From NCBI RefSeq assembly GCF_018350175.1, contig NC_058368.1, positions 140,618,001-140,682,000 on the forward strand: a stretch of DNA of 64,000 nucleotides, in the 5' to 3' direction. The notes under the pieces were generated by a model. That model had not been told where the DNA came from. It did no database searches and worked only from the letters and a program-made list of their open reading frames with translations. Made by a program: the position numbers and the translations under genes. This stretch comes from Felis catus. Lineage: Eukaryota. Shown here piece by piece: positions 62,143 to 64,000 of the stretch (the stretch's first letter is position 1; each line of letters starts with the position of its first letter).

Positions 62143-62482
62143 GTAAGTTGTACATGTAGCAACGTGAACATTCTTCACTGAAAGTTCTTGAAATGCTATG
62201 TAAAAGAAATCATGGCAGTAAAGAGAGGAGTGTTCCCTGATACTGTTTGACTACTTTAAAAGATTGCTTGTGTTTGCATTTTAAATGCACAACTGTTCTC
62301 TAAAGAGGGGACGCTCAGTTACTATCATCGGGGAAGGTCCTGTGATTCTGTTACCATCTCATTTTATGTTTAATTTTTTAAGACCACTGCTCAGCTTTAG
62401 TTGACAGGAACAACTGCTATGCATTTCTTCTTCACTTAGCCTTTTTTCCATTATTTTCTTTTGTCATCTGTTTTACATGTAG

Positions 62483-62567
62483 TTATGGACTGAGGTATAT
62501 AGCCAAAGTACTGAAGAATTCGATCCATGAGAAATTTCCTGACGCCACAGAAGATGAACTATTAAAG
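62483..62567 (+). CDS. IQGAP2: IQGAP2 exon N (GRD)
   Basis: tgtag|T...AAG|gtagat; 85 nt; YGLRYIAKVLKNSIHEKFPDATEDELLK. Confidence 0.96.
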
Positions 62568-63012
62568 GTAGATTTTCAAGGGTCATCTCACCCTAGCCTC
62601 CCCTGGGGGTGTCAGCCAAAATTACCAGCATACCATTTTGTGAGATTTTTTTTTTTTATCTCCTGTATACCTGTGTGTAAAAAGTTACAGGTCTTCTGTT
62701 TTTAATGACTGTCAAGATTATTGATTATGCTGAGTTTACTTTGGAGATCTTACACATTATTGACATTCTGCATTTAGAGCACTTTGGGGCAGTATGGTCT
62801 AATCAATTCTATTTCTCACCAAAAATAATTTTGTTAACTATACTAGTAATGGGTGATTCTGTTCACTCCCTTTACCTAACTCCTTTATAGGATTCAGATC
62901 AGAAAATGATCTTTCTTGGGAAACGTCAGTAAATACTGACTTCAATTTAAAGGAATCTAAAGCTCTTGAGTTTTTTCTCTTAAAAATAGTCTTTTCCTCT
63001 GCATTACCCCAG

Positions 63013-63245
63013 ATTGTTGGAAACCTCCTGTACTATCGGTACATGAACCCAGCTATCGTAGCTCCTGACGGCTTTGATATCATCGACATGACAGCCGGAG
63101 GTCAGATAACTTCCGACCAAAGGAGAAATTTGGGATCGGTGGCCAAGGTTCTTCAGCATGCAGCCTCCAATAAGCTGTTTGAAGGAGAAAATGAGCATCT
63201 CTCATCTATGAACAATTATTTATCAGAGACCTATCATGAGTTCAG
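63013..63245 (+). CDS. IQGAP2: IQGAP2 exon O (GRD signature YYRYMNP)
   Basis: cccag|ATT...TTC AG|gtgaga; 233 nt; IVGNLLYYRYMNPAIVAPDGFDIIDMTAGGQITSDQRRNLGSVAKVLQHAASNKLFEGENEHLSSMNNYLSETYHEF. Confidence 0.97.
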
Positions 63246-64000
63246 GTGAGAGGGCTCATGGCCTGTGGAGAAACTTGGAAGATGATGAACAAGAATAATG
63301 TGTGTTCTGTACACAGAACTGGAGTTGGGGGTGAGGGACGGGAGCCTCAGGTGGTGGCGTGCATTTTTTCTGGTTGGCCCTGTGGGGAAAGAGGAGGGGT
63401 ACTTATGTCTGGGGCTCCCCGTCCCACCCCTGTACCCAGTACCCCTGCCATACTGAGTCATCCCCAGATGTTTGATTTCTGCTGTGGACAAAACGAAATG
63501 TTTATTTTTCCTGGTATGCTGCAGGCTGATAGTACTTAGAATAAAAGTCAGAATGGCTGATGTCTTCTTCATTGAACTTAAGAAGATAGTTTTTGAGTTT
63601 TTTGTTTGTTTTAAAGAATGTGTCCAGTGAGAAAGAACCTGCTTATCTGCGTCAAACACTTTAGTAGGAAATGGAGTATTTGTTTTTCAAAAAGCTAGGA
63701 AAATCCAGCTTTTATATTCCTTGTGGATTGTATATGAATATGTCCTATTCTCAAACCTCTCTTAGCCGTGTAAGACTTAATGTCATTGACTTGATATGCA
63801 TTTCCAAATTACATCCCTAATCTTTCTGTGGGTACATTTTAGGAGTGAGTCTGGTGGGAAGATGTACTCACCCTGAGGTCTCCAAGGAAGCATGTGCAAC
63901 TTGGCATTTGTTTTTTCTCTTGTTGCCTTTCGATTGGTAGTAGGTCATAGAAATAGGACACAAATATGGACTCTTTGACTCCTCACTTGGAAAATTCATT

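Noticed and set aside
1..64000. A wholly new multi-gene biological system
   Set aside because: All convincing coding sequence is explained by IQGAP2, F2RL2 and transposon remnants. I could not see an unexplained gene or structured RNA, though a conservation or Rfam search could reveal elements invisible by eye.

Overview
Mammalian genomic DNA, almost certainly from a felid, judging by the many young SINEC_Fc-type CanSINEs and felid-type L1. The + strand carries 15 consecutive internal coding exons of IQGAP2 (4236-63245; 2,170 coding nt, all GT-AG, phases joining into one uninterrupted frame). They encode the end of the N-terminal repeat region, the WW domain, three IQ motifs and most of the RasGAP-related domain. 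The complete two-exon F2RL2 gene (PAR3, thrombin receptor GPCR) is nested antisense in the 15-kb intron 4400-19429. The rest is intronic and rich in transposons: an L1 5' end with a dead ORF1, old L1/L2/MIR fragments, a MaLR LTR, an MLT2 LTR with ERVL gag-pro remnant, DNA-transposon fossils and about 35 CanSINEs, several nested or serially inserted at one target site. I found no CRISPR array, rRNA, true tRNA gene or convincing previously undescribed biological system. The best leads are an in-frame cryptic SINE exon candidate in IQGAP2, a tandem acceptor and overlapping uORF in F2RL2, an SRY in place of the PAR3 (D/N)RY motif, and repeated reuse of the same SINE insertion sites. Gene and repeat names come from my recognition of the sequences, not from database searches. 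Repeat boundaries are approximate unless TSDs are quoted.
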